A stretch of DNA of 64,000 bases from Macrostomum hystrix. Taxonomy: Eukaryota; Animalia; Platyhelminthes. Position 1 is the first letter of the stretch. Each line of letters begins with the position of its first letter. Shown in pieces: positions 10,404-22,100 of the stretch. The notes under the pieces are model-generated. The model was not told the DNA's origin. It did not search any database and saw nothing but the letters and a program-made list of their open reading frames with translations. Location of the stretch: positions 1,364,001 through 1,428,000 of the forward strand of contig CATNEN010000001.1 of assembly GCA_950097015.1 (NCBI GenBank). Direction: 5' to 3'. The position numbers and the translations under genes were made by a program.

Positions 10404-12177
10404 CAGCAGCCACTTCTGCACAGAGCACCCTGTTAATCAAACTCTGTGCTCTAACTAAGTTTTGCAAAGCTATATCAGCCTATATGTGAGTATATTTTTC
10501 ATCCTTTAACCCAAATTTTTTTCCCTTATAATAATTTTTATTTTAGTTATATCTTCAGTTATAATCCCGCCGTTTTTCTACTGCTTCATGGAGGATTCCA
10601 CACTACAAATGGTTTTAAACATGCATAATAAATTTTGTATGTGCTTTATATATTACTGTTTACGTTTCAAAACTTAAACGCTCGTGCGCTGCAATTTTCT
10701 GTGATCAGGTTAAAACTAAAAAAGATGCTCCATTTTAAGCGATTCGATTTGCTAGTTTAGTACCTATATAAGATTGCTATTATGTTTGTACAGACTCTGC
10801 ACAAAATATAACTTTTTTAGTTGCCGCTTTAGTTTTATGCCATATATAAAGTCATTTGATTGAGAAGTGAATCTAGCAGGAAGGTTGCTAGTATCTTCAT
10901 TTTGATTATGTCTCCTTTCTTGCGGAAAAAAATTCTATAAAAAAAGAACAAAACCAGTGAATGTGAGATAAGCAACCTCGCAAAGAACCGTCTCTTCGTT
11001 ATACATTTTTAGTCCCGTATAAACGTAAATGTACAGATTGAATAGTTTTTTATGCTACGGCTCAGTGGTATTATAGTAAATTATTTGATGCCAAAGACAG
11101 CGATCCTTTTGATATAATTTCTTTTATTCTTTCTCAACTATCAGAACTGTTAGATACTTTGCTATTCTTCAATAGCAAATCTATTCAATATCTATTCTTC
11201 AAAAACTATACTTCATATCATGTGTATGTAGTGGGGCGAACTCATTGCTTAGGTGAAAACAAATAATTACACAGATTTTTCATGCATAAATATTGCTAAG
11301 GTTATCAACCTTAATATACAAAATAAGGTATAATATACAAAATACAATGCATCTAATCCTGGATGACTTCAGTGATGCGCAAAAACTAGTTCGATTCAAC
11401 TTTTTAAATACGTGTCTACGTTATGCTTTCCGTGCACAAAGGTTATAACAAAACATATAGCTTAACCTAAAAAATGTTTGAAAGCAAGTTCTTTTTTGCA
11501 AGCGATGAAAACAGAACTTGAAAATAAAATTTTGGTCTTGCTAAAAAGGTTTAATAAAGCTTTTTGTTCAGCGTCATCTTTGTGTTTTAAACTGGCCAGA
11601 CTCCATGTAATGTTTTTTTATCTCTAATATTTATCCGTCCTCAGACAGTAGTGTATAGTCTTCTAGCAGTCCTCTAATCAATCCTCTAGCTTCCCACGTT
11701 AAATTACTTTTCCATCGAAATCATTTTGATTTTAGGTATTTTAGGTAGTCAATTTAAAACTGGAAGTTCATTGTATGCAGACTATTGGTGACATTTCATT
11801 AAATCTTACTTTCTTACTTTACCTACTTATACATTTTATAATTTAATATTACTATTTTTAGTCAATGTTTTGTACACATCAGTTGTAAAAAATGTTTTTA
11901 AGGGAAACTTGTTAGTATAATCGTTTATTTAAGTAACTTTTCTATAATCCATTAGTGTGGTAGTAGTCATTTGAACTTTTAAAAAAGCAGTTATGATTTT
12001 TATTACTAGGCTATTAGTTTATTCATAATTTAAAATACGCAGCGAGTTTAAAAATGTATCTATAATTTAAAACTTAAAATTTTCTTGTCAGGGTATATAA
12101 TTTTATTGCATACCTTATGTGGCCTGAATGACAGACATATGCTCTTTAATGTAATCTCAAATGTCATTTAACTGCAG

Positions 12178-12513
12178 GCTTTGGTCCTGGGCGTTGGTGT
12201 CGGCGTCATAGTGTTGGGTGTACTATGGGCCGTCGCGCTAGTATTTCTATTGGCCACTGCCAAGGCCAAATCTGGCATGCGCTACGTTGGCATCATCCTA
12301 CTACTAATCATCCTGATCATCTCCATTGTGCTAATCGTTGTGCCAAAATCAGACGTGGCTACTAATTATGTCAGCGCCTATGCAATCATGGATGTCATGC
12401 TGATTGGTCGGGCTGCCTTGTTGGCCCTGTTCGGACTCTTGGCCCTCCTGACTGGCAGTCAGCTGTTTTTCTCTCAGCAGGTTGTCGAGTGCAAGCCGGA
12501 GTTTGTTCGATGA
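12178..12513 (+). CDS. TMEM218: Transmembrane protein 218 (ciliary transition-zone protein), last coding exon; ATG lies on an upstream exon not securely located
   Basis: ALVLGVGVGVIVLGVLW...IVVPK...D..LIGRAALL...KP with three hydrophobic segments matches the TMEM218 pattern (VLGVGAGVFILALLW, LLFPR, DDFFIGR, KP). Acceptor ACTGCAG|GCT at 12177/12178. Confidence 0.82.
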   Translation, partial: ALVLGVGVGVIVLGVLWAVALVFLLATAKAKSGMRYVGIILLLIILIISIVLIVVPKSDVATNYVSAYAIMDVMLIGRAALLALFGLLALLTGSQLFFSQQVVECKPEFVR

Positions 12514-13479
12514 AAAAAATTATTAATTTTTAGTGCTCATTATTTAATCATTTTTGTGCTTAATCAATTTATACCGTGTGTAAATTTATTAAACTTTCAT
12601 GAACTTCCAACAATGAACAGATAACTACTAATGTGCTACTAATTTTGTAACTTGTTTTGTAGTAACACTCCGACCTTGAGCACGTGATAGACTACAACCA
12701 ATCACAGCTGCTTTAAAGAAATTATGATTTCTTCTAAAAATGTACTTCTCTTAAATCAGACTTTTAAATTTTAACTAAAACCTAAAAACTGTAAATTTTA
12801 AATTTTATCTCCCTTCTAATGTACGATTATTATTTCTAATGCTCATATTTTATTTCTTAGCTAGACCATTTATTTATGACACTAATCTATCGTTTCAGGT
12901 GCTTACATTTATTTAATCCTTCAATTTTATATGTTTTTTCAGACTTTTATTTTTACTGTTAATTTGTTTTGCCTGCTTTTGTTTCTTACAATTGCTATAT
13001 AAACCGTTTTTTATAAATTTGACTGGTGCCGAAGCTTCTGCTGATAAAATTTTACTAAAACAAATTATTGAATTTAAAAGCATCGGGAGGTTGTATTTTT
13101 TTCATATCGGGTCAATCGTATGACTCCGGGATTTTTTAGATCTAATCTGGGAGTTCTCCAATTGTCGAGAAATTGAGAGAGTAATTGACTAAATTGCTAT
13201 CTGGTCTGCAGGTGGCCAATAAAGTTAAGGAGAAGCTGTGAACTGTGTCAGGGCTCTTCTCTCTCTCTTCTAAATATACTAAATTTCACGTGTTGGTTGT
13301 CTGTGTGTCATTTTGATATCTCCTCCAAGAATACTGGCAACTCAGCGTTGAAACTTAAATGGGAAAATGGGAAATCTGATCGCTGAGAAAACTGGAGTCG
13401 GTAAAAGTGGTTGCGCTATCCTTTCGGCCTATCTGTTTAGTGTTTTTCTCTCCAGTGGAGTCGGTTTTAAAATGGGGCG

Positions 13480-13985
13480 GAGAGGTGGAGAGGTGGTCGT
13501 TCGCACATTCTAACTGCCTCAGTGTATTGGTGGAGAGGTGGTCGTTCGCACATTCTAACTGCCTCAGTGTATTGGTGGAGTGGTGGTCGTTCGCACATTC
13601 TAACTGCCTCAGTGTATTGGTGGAGAGGTGGTCGTTCGCACATTCTAACTGCCTCAGTGTATTGGTGGAGAGGTGGTCGTTCGCACATTCTAACTGCCTC
13701 TGTGTATTGGTGGAGAGGTGGCCGTTCGCACATTCTAACTGCCTCTGTGTATTGGTGGAGAGGTGGCCGTTCGCACATTCTAACTGCCTCTGTGTATTGG
13801 TGGAGAGGTGGCCGTTCGCACATTCTAAGTGCCTCTGTGTATTGGTGGAGAGGTGGCCGTTCGCACATTCTAACTGCCTCTGTGTATTGGCGGAGAGGTG
13901 GCCGTTCGCACATTCTAACTGACTCTGTGTATTGGCGGAAGGTGGCCGTTCGCACATTCTAACTGACTGTGCATTGGCGGAGATG
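13480..13985. repeat. 45-bp minisatellite (GGAGAGGTGGCCGTTCGCACATTCTAACTGCCTCTGTGTATTGGT), ~11 copies
   Basis: Period 45; gives 15-aa pseudo-repeats in several frames. Confidence 0.96.
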
Positions 13986-14099
13986 GTGTCAACTGCTACT
14001 GAGGCGTCTGATTTGTTTAATATTCAAGTGCGTACAATGGGCTGGGGCAGAGTTGGCTGGGTTAAAATTCAATTGACGAAATTGGCGGGCCTCTCACTG

Positions 14100-14516
14100 T
14101 AGGCGATGGGAGATTATGCGATAGGAGATGAGGCAATGGGAGATGAAGCGATGGGAGTTGAGGCGATGGGAGTTGAGGCCATGGGAGATTAGGTGATGGG
14201 AGATCAGGCGATGGGAGATCAGGCGACAGGAGATTAGGCGATGGGAGATGCCGCGATGGGAGATGAGGTGATGGGAGATCAGGCGATGGGAGATCAGGCG
14301 ACAGGAGATTAGGCGATGGGAGATGCCGCGATGGGAGATGAGGCGATGGGAGATTAGGCGATGTGAGATTAGGCGATAGGAGATCAGGCGATGGGAGATG
14401 CCGCGATGGGAGATTAGGCGATGTGAGATTAGGCGATAGGAGATCAGGCGATGGGAGATTAGGCGATGGGAGATTAGGCGATGGGAGATTAGGCGATTGG
14501 AGATGAGACGATAGGA
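14100..14516. repeat. 15-bp minisatellite (AGGCGATGGGAGATT), ~27 copies
   Basis: Direct reading. Confidence 0.95.
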
Positions 14517-15481
14517 GCTTGATCCCCTTAACTTCCTCCGGGGGAGGAATTCCGCTCGTTATTCTATATTTATGCATTGTTAAGTTGGACAGAATGGAGG
14601 GGGTTGGTGGTGAGATAACAAGAGAGTGCGCAACTGAGGGTAAGAGAGGAGGCTAGAGGGTGAGCGGTGGACCAATCAGAAAGCAGAAAATGAGAGAGAT
14701 CAAGGTCAGAGGTAAAGAACCAGACAGAATTAGAGCGAGGCGAGAACCGACAATGGAATGTAAACAGATAAAAGTACAGAGGAACGAAATTAGGGGCATG
14801 AAAGTCGCGACACCTATAACTAAACCTTGGGACTTCTTATAACCATGTGATTTACGAAAAAAAACCTTAGGAATATCCATAGGAATATGACATTCTGCAA
14901 CACTGAACCTATGGATTTCCCACGACCCATGCTAGCGATTTCCGATAAGCACGATTATTGCTCCTAACAAAACCTTAACCTTTGATCAACCCATCTTGGG
15001 ATTAAAAATTACCGAACCCTGACATTCCTAGAAGAATGTAGTTAAGAAAAAATTGAATATGTTAATAATTTTCCATTGCAATATTTCATATTCCTTTAGA
15101 CAACGTTTTAATTTCAAGCGATGCAAATCGATGCTTTATTCTAAAGAACATCTCAAACTTTCTTGACTCCAAACTGCTCACTTATTTGTGTGAGCTCAAG
15201 TACCTGAGGATGGTGGATTCTGCAGATGATTGAAAGCCTTGGTTGCATGGTAACTCATTGATACACAGAGACGGCTGGGCATCGTGGCTTTTCAATTCAA
15301 ACTGCATGGTACAATAGGCAGAGAATGAGTCTTTGCGTCTTGCACAATGGAAGTTTAACTTCCGCTTTTAATAGAATAGAATTTTGAGATCGCTATGGAC
15401 ACTATATATGCGACATTAACAAAAAGTTATCGACTTGAAGGCTGCGAGACTAAAACTGCGCTTAATCATAAAAAAGGCGAA

Positions 15482-18207
15482 ATGGTGAGTTGAAGAGAAT
15501 CGAATTTCTTTTAACAGTAGTTTACTGAACAAAAAGAATTTCTGCACTACGCTAGAAGTTTTCAGAAACTATACTGCTTTTAATTCCCTTTCAATTACCT
15601 TTCCATCCAGCCATTCTAGATTATCCATAAGAATCTCATTCCATTATTTTCCATAGAATCCCACTTCAATATTCTCCCAAGAATCCCATTCCAATATTCT
15701 CCCTAGAATCCCACTCTAATATTCTCCCTAGAATCCCACTCTAATATTCTCCCTAGAATCCCACTCTAATATTCTCCCTAGAATCCCACTCTAATATTCT
15801 CCCTAGAATCCCACTCTAATATTCTCCCTAGAATCCCACTCTAATATTCTCCCTAGATTCCCATTCCAATATTCTCTCTAGAATCCCACTCTAATATTCT
15901 CCCTAGAATCCCACTTTAATATTCTCCCTAGAATGCCATTCCAATATTCTCCCTAAAATGCCATTCCAATATTCTCCCTAGAATCCCACTCTAATATTCT
16001 CCCTAAAATGCCATTCCAATATTCTCCCTAGAATCCCATTTAAACATTCTCCCAAGAATCTCATTCCAATATCCTTCCTAGAATGTCATAGTTCTCCCAA
16101 GAATAATACCATCACAAAATCTCCCCAACGATTTCGTCCCAAAATTCCCCCTAAATTTATGAGTAATCCCAAAAAGTCTTCACAAAAAATCTTCCTTCTT
16201 TCGAATTCCATTTTAAACCTGGTTGCGAATCTTTACCAGGCTTCGTCAGACAGAAACTTGCGCATTGCTTTGGACTTGGGATTCAACGAAAAGGAAGCCC
16301 AGCGTGAGTTCTCTACAGCTTGAGTGAGCATAGCTTAACTAAAGCATACTCAATAGCAGAATATATTAATCGCGTGACAACTTGACTTGCTCAGAGCTGT
16401 GGCGCAGTTTCAACTATTTTGACGCGGATCACAGCGGCGCCATTGAGGCCAGCGAGTTTGGCAGCGTCCTGCGACTTTTCGGTGTCGACTGCACCGACAG
16501 GGAAGTGCTGGATATCATGACGGACATCGACATCAGTGAGAACACTGCTCACGATGGCTGCCCTGCTCCATGGATATTCCATGGCTTGTTGCTAACCAGT
16601 CCAGCTTTAGAAAAATGTCACTCCATCAACCAGCCCCAGTATTAGAAAAATGTCACTCCATGAACCAGCCCTAGTTTTCGAGAAATGTCACTCCGTTACC
16701 AGCCTCAGTTTTCAAAAAATGTCACTCCATGAATCAGCCCCAGTTTCAGAGAAATGTCACTCCATCAACCAGCCCCAGTTTCAGAAAAATGTCACTCCAT
16801 CAACCAGCCCCAGTATTAGAAAAATGTCACTCCATCAGCCAGCCCTAGTTTTCGAGAAATGTCACTCCATCAACCAGCCCTAGTTTTCGAGAAATGTCAC
16901 TCCATCAGCCAGCCCTAGTTTTCGAGAAATGTCACTCCATGAACCAGCCCCAGTTTCAGAGAAATGTCACTCCGTCAGCCAGCCCTAGTTTTCGAGTAAT
17001 GTCACTCCGTCAACCAGCCCTAGTTTTCGAGTAATGTCACTCCGTCAACCAGCACCAGTTTCAGAGAAATGTCACTCCATCAACCAGCCCCAGTTTCAGA
17101 GAAATGTCACTCCATCAACCAGCCCTAGTTTTCGAGTAATGTCACTCCGTAACCAGCCCAGCTTCAGAAAAATGGTTCCTCCATCGCTACAAAGCCTATA
17201 GCTTCAGAAATTTGTCGCAGACACACAAATCTAGTCTCCAGACAATTTTTACTCCATCATTTTCAGGCTCTGACGGTGTTGTTAGCTTCCATGAGTTCTG
17301 CAGCGCCGCCCGCAAGCGTCACAAAGGCAAAGCTGAGAGACAGTCAGAACTGCGAGCCGCTTTCCAGGTTAACTTCTATCTACACTTCCTATGTTGCTTA
17401 AAGGAATATAATGAAAAGCGGTACTTTCTACTTACATAGTAGAGTAGTTAGGATTTTTTCCAAAATTCACAAAACCAGATTTTATAATTCTACAGCATTT
17501 CGACCTTGACGGCAGCGGCAAACTCAGCCGGGCCCAGCTCGCGACGGCATTGACTTCGCTGGGAGCCGAGCCGCTGACTGAAGCGGAGCTGGAGACAATC
17601 TTCCAACTGGGGGATCTAGACGGCAGCGGAGATCTCAGCATTGATGGTTGGTGATCGACTTTCGTTATGCCACTTTGTCTCTACATAATTCTTATAATAT
17701 ATGTTTAGACATGTGTTAGACACCTCATCTAACATGTGTTAGACACCCCATTTAACATGTGTTAGACACCCCATCTAACATGTGTTAGACACTTCATCTA
17801 ACATGTGTTAGACACCTCATCTAACATGTGTTAGACACCTCATCTAACATGTGTTAGACACCTCATCTAACATGTGTTAGACACCTCATCTAAAATGTGT
17901 TAGACACCCCATCTAACATGTGTTAGACACTTCATCTAACATGTGTTAGACACCTCATCTAACATGTGTTAGACACCTCATCTAAAATGTGTTAGACACT
18001 TCATCTAACATGCGTTAGACACCCCATCTAACATGTGTTAGACACTTCATCTAACATGTGTTAGACACCTCATCTAACATGTGTTAGACACCTCATCTAA
18101 CATGTGTTAAACTGCGGTTCTAAATTGTGTTCTAAATTTCAGAGTTCGTTCGCTGTCTCACGATGGATCTGGACGAGATGATAGCCGAATATAAAACTAG
18201 CGACTAA
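15482..18207 (+). CDS. Calmodulin-like four-EF-hand protein (174 aa). Exons 15482-15484 (ATG only), 16240-16303, 16395-16535, 17267-17367, 17496-17646, 18143-18207
   Basis: Spliced frame is continuous. EF loops DADHSGAIEASE, DISSDGVVSFHE, DLDGSGKLSRAQ, DLDGSGDLSIDE. ATG|GTGAGT first intron as in calmodulin-family genes. AATAAA at 18306-18311. Too divergent to be calmodulin itself. Confidence 0.88.
15620..16100. repeat. 25-bp minisatellite (AATATTCTCCCTAGAATCCCACTCT), ~18 copies, intron 1 of the EF-hand gene
   Basis: Period 25. Confidence 0.93.
16595..17172. repeat. 35-bp minisatellite (GAGAAATGTCACTCCATCAACCAGCCCTAGTTTTC), ~16 copies, intron 3 of the EF-hand gene
   Basis: Period 35 (16616, 16651, 16686). 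Confidence 0.95.
17705..18110. repeat. 23-bp minisatellite (ACATGTGTTAGACACCTCATCTA), ~18 copies, intron 5 of the EF-hand gene; contains near-palindrome TCTAACA-TG-TGTTAGA
   Basis: Direct reading. Confidence 0.95.
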
Positions 18208-18574
18208 CGTTTAAAACGTTCAACCGATACAGAAACGAATTCTGATTACTGAATTACTATCTTAACCTTACGAGTTAAAAAATAATCAACACTGTTAAAA
18301 AATGAAATAAACGTATATTTAACATTTAAATACAATTTTATTCCCAAATTAAAGTCGGTCAGGCGTCTGATTATTATTAACGCACTCGGAATGATGACAT
18401 ATTGATAAATTATTTGTCACTTGTTCGAATGTTTAAACATAAAATAAGATCAATATACGATTAATTCTTAATGCCATCAGTTTCCATTATTCCATCCTAA
18501 TCTGAATTCCATTTTTCTCGATTCAGGTAGACCCTTTTATTTTGGAATTATTTTCAGGGGAAGAAAATGATTAA

Positions 18575-19035
18575 GGGAGAGATGAGACACGGTAGAGATG
18601 AGACTTGGGAGACATGAGACTTGGGTGAGATGAGACACGGGAGAGATGAGACACGGGAGAGATGAGACACAGGAGAGATGAGTTACGGGAGATGAGACAC
18701 AGGAGAAATGAGACACGGGTGAGATGAGACACAGGAGAGATGAGACACGGGAGAGATGAGACACGGGAGAGATGAGACACGGGAGAGATGAGACACGGGA
18801 GAGATGAGACACGGGAGAGATGAGACACGGAAGAGATGAGACACGGAAGAGATGAGACACGGGAGAGATGAGACACGGAAGAGATGAGACATGGGAGAGA
18901 AAAGACACGGGAGAGATGAGACATGGGAGAGATGAGACACGGGAGAGATAAGACATGGGAGAGATGAGACAAGGGAGAGATGAGACACGGGAGAGATGAA
19001 ACACGGGAGAGATGAGACATGAGAGATGAGACACG
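18575..19035. repeat. 16-bp minisatellite (GAGATGAGACACGGGA), ~29 copies, between two convergent 3' ends
   Basis: Direct reading; same unit length and 10-bp core as the giant satellite. Confidence 0.95.
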
Positions 19036-19186
19036 TGGCAAATCGTCGATAGCTCAATTTTCCTCGAAACCCTCCCCCACATAGAACTATCTCAAACCCA
19101 GCGAGCGTACTTCTTGGACTTCAATGTCCAAACCTTTCATTTTTTATTAAATTTCTATGCCAACACTTGAATTCCTAGTTGGCCAA

Positions 19187-22100
19187 TCAAACAGCGCTGA
19201 AATTCAGCGCCATGGACATATCCCAGTAGCGGTCTCCAGCTGTTGAACCGCCTACAGGCCCCAGGCCAGGCGCGGAGTCGGCAGTCATTAGCGCCAATTT
19301 GCAGATCCGACCGTCCGTATTGAATCCCGCGCCAAGGCAACCGCCAGCGGGCAGACTGGCGCAGAGGGCAGCGCAATTAATGGCTGAGGCAACTTTAAAC
19401 ACCGACATGCTTAGCAGACCTGCTGTGCTATTGGCTGTCAACGCATCGAAGCTGTCGATTCTAATGCCCAGTTGAACAACTCGACGAGCTTGACAATTCT
19501 GCCAGCTGAGACTAGCGGCTAAAAAAAGAAAACATTAATGTGGGGGATTTTTAGCGAAAGCAGGGACGATACAGATGAGAGATGGGACTGATTAGAGATG
19601 AGACTGAGTAGAGATGAGACTGATTAGAGATGGGACTGATTAGAGATGAGACTGATTAGAGATGAGACTGATTAGAGATGAGACTGATTAGAGATGAGAC
19701 TGATTAGAGATGGAACTGATTAGAGATGAGACTGATTAGAGATGGGACTGATTAGAGATGAGACTGATTAGAGATGGAACTGATTAGAGATGGGACTGAT
19801 TAGAGATGAGACTGATTAGAGATGGGACTGATTAGAGATGAGACTGATTAGAGATGAGACTGATTAGAGATGAGACTGATTAGAGATGAGACTGATTAGA
19901 GATGGAACTGATTAGAGATGGGACTGATTAGAGATGGGACTGATTAGAGATGAGACTGATTAGAGATGGGACTGATTAGAGATGAGACTGATTAGAGATA
20001 GGACTGATTAGAGATGAGACTGATTAGAGATAGGACTGATTAGAGATGAGACTGATTAGAGATGAGACTGAGTAGAGATGAGACTGAGTAGAGATGAGAC
20101 TGAGTAAAGATGAGACTGAGTAGAGATGAGACTGATTAAAGATGAGACTGAGTAGAGATGAGACTGATTAGAGATGAGACTGAGTAGAGATGAGACTGAT
20201 TAGAGATGAGACTGAGTAGAGATGAGACTGATTAGAGATGAGACTGAGTAAAGATGAGACTGAGTAGAGATGAGACTGATTAGAGATGAGACTGAGTAGA
20301 GATGAGACTGATTAGAGATGAGACTGAGTAGAGATGAGACTGATTAGAGATGAGACTGAGTAGAGATGGGACTGATTAGAGATGTGACTGATTAGAGATG
20401 AGACTGAGTAAAGATGAGACTGATTAGAGATGAGACTGAGTAGAGATGAGACTGATTAGAGATGAGACTGAGTAGAGATGAGACTGAGTAAAGATGAGAC
20501 TGAGTAGAGATGAGACTGATTAGAGATGAGACTGAGTAGAGATGAGACTGATTAGAGATGAGACTGATTAGAGATGGGACTGATTAGAGATGAGACTGAG
20601 TAGAGATGAGACTGATTAGAGATGGGACTGATTAGAGATGAGACTGATGAGAGATGAGACTGATTAGAGATGAGACTGATTAGAGATGAGACTGATTAGA
20701 GATGGAACTGATTAGAGATGAGACTGATTAGAGATGGGACTGATTAGAGATGAGACTGATTTGAGATGGGACTGATTAGAGATGGAACTGATTAGAGATG
20801 GAACTGATTAGAGATGGGACTGATTAGAGATGAGACTGATTAGAGATGAGACTGATTAGAGATGGAACTGATTAGAGATGAGACTGATTAGAGATGGGAC
20901 TGATTAGAGATGAGACTGATTTGAGATGGGACTGATTAGAGATGGAACTGATTAGAGATGGAACTGATTAGAGATGGGACTGATTAGAGATGAGACTGAT
21001 TAGAGATGAGACTGATTAGAGATGAGACTGATTAGAGATGGAACTGATTAGAGATGAGACTGATTAGAGATGGGACTGATTAGAGATGAGACTGATTTGA
21101 GATGGGACTGATTAGAGATGGAACTGATTAGAGATGGAACTGATTAGAGATGGAACTGATTAGAGATGAGGCTGATTAGAGATGGGACTGATTAGAGATG
21201 AGACTGATTAGAGATGGGACTGATTAGAGATGAGACTGATTAGAGATGAGACTGATTAGAGATGAGACTGATTAGAGATGAGACTGATTAGAGATGGAAC
21301 TGATTAGAGATGAGACTGATTAGAGATGGGACTGATTAGAGATGAGACTGATTAGAGATGAGACTGATTAGAGATGAGACTGATTAGAGATGGGACTGAT
21401 TAGAGATGGGACTGATTAGAGATGGGACTGATTAGAGATGAGACTGATTAGAGATGGAACTGATTAGAGATGGAACTGATTAGAGATGGAACTGATTAGA
21501 GATGAGACTGATTAGAGATGAGACTGATTAGAGATGAGACTGATTAGAGATGGAACTGATTAGAGATGAGACTGATTAGAGATGGGACTGATTAGAGATG
21601 AGACTGATTTGAGATGGGACTGATTAGAGATGGAACTGATTAGAGATGGAACTGATTAGAGATGGAACTGATTAGAGATGAGGCTGATTAGAGATGGGAC
21701 TGATTAGAGATGAGACTGATTAGAGATGGGACTGATTAGAGATGAGACTGATTAGAGATGAGACTGATTAGAGATGAGACTGATTAGAGATGAGACTGAT
21801 TAGAGATGGAACTGATTAGAGATGAGACTGATTAGAGATGGGACTGATTAGAGATGAGACTGATTAGAGATGAGACTGATTAGAGATGAGACTGATTAGA
21901 GATGAGACTGATTAGAGATGAGACTGATTAGAGATGGGACTGATTAGAGATGGGACTGATTAGAGATGGGACTGATTAGAGATGAGACTGATTAGAGATG
22001 GAACTGATTAGAGATGGAACTGATTAGAGATGAGACTGATTAGAGATGGGACTGATTAGAGATGAGACTGATTTGAGATGGGACTGATTAGAGATGGAAC

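Noticed and set aside
13355-14577. Repeat-protein ORFs (ECANGHLSTNTQRQL, LPSPN pentapeptide-like)
   Set aside because: Translations of minisatellites open in several frames on both strands; no splice or domain support.
14653-14880. 75-aa hydrophobic ORF with two possible TM segments
   Set aside because: Arises from a purine-rich opposite strand; no homology recognised and no convincing gene signals.
18537-19082. Cys/Ser-rich ORFs on the minus strand
   Set aside because: All three frames of a 16-bp repeat, lying downstream of the PAN gene's polyA signal.
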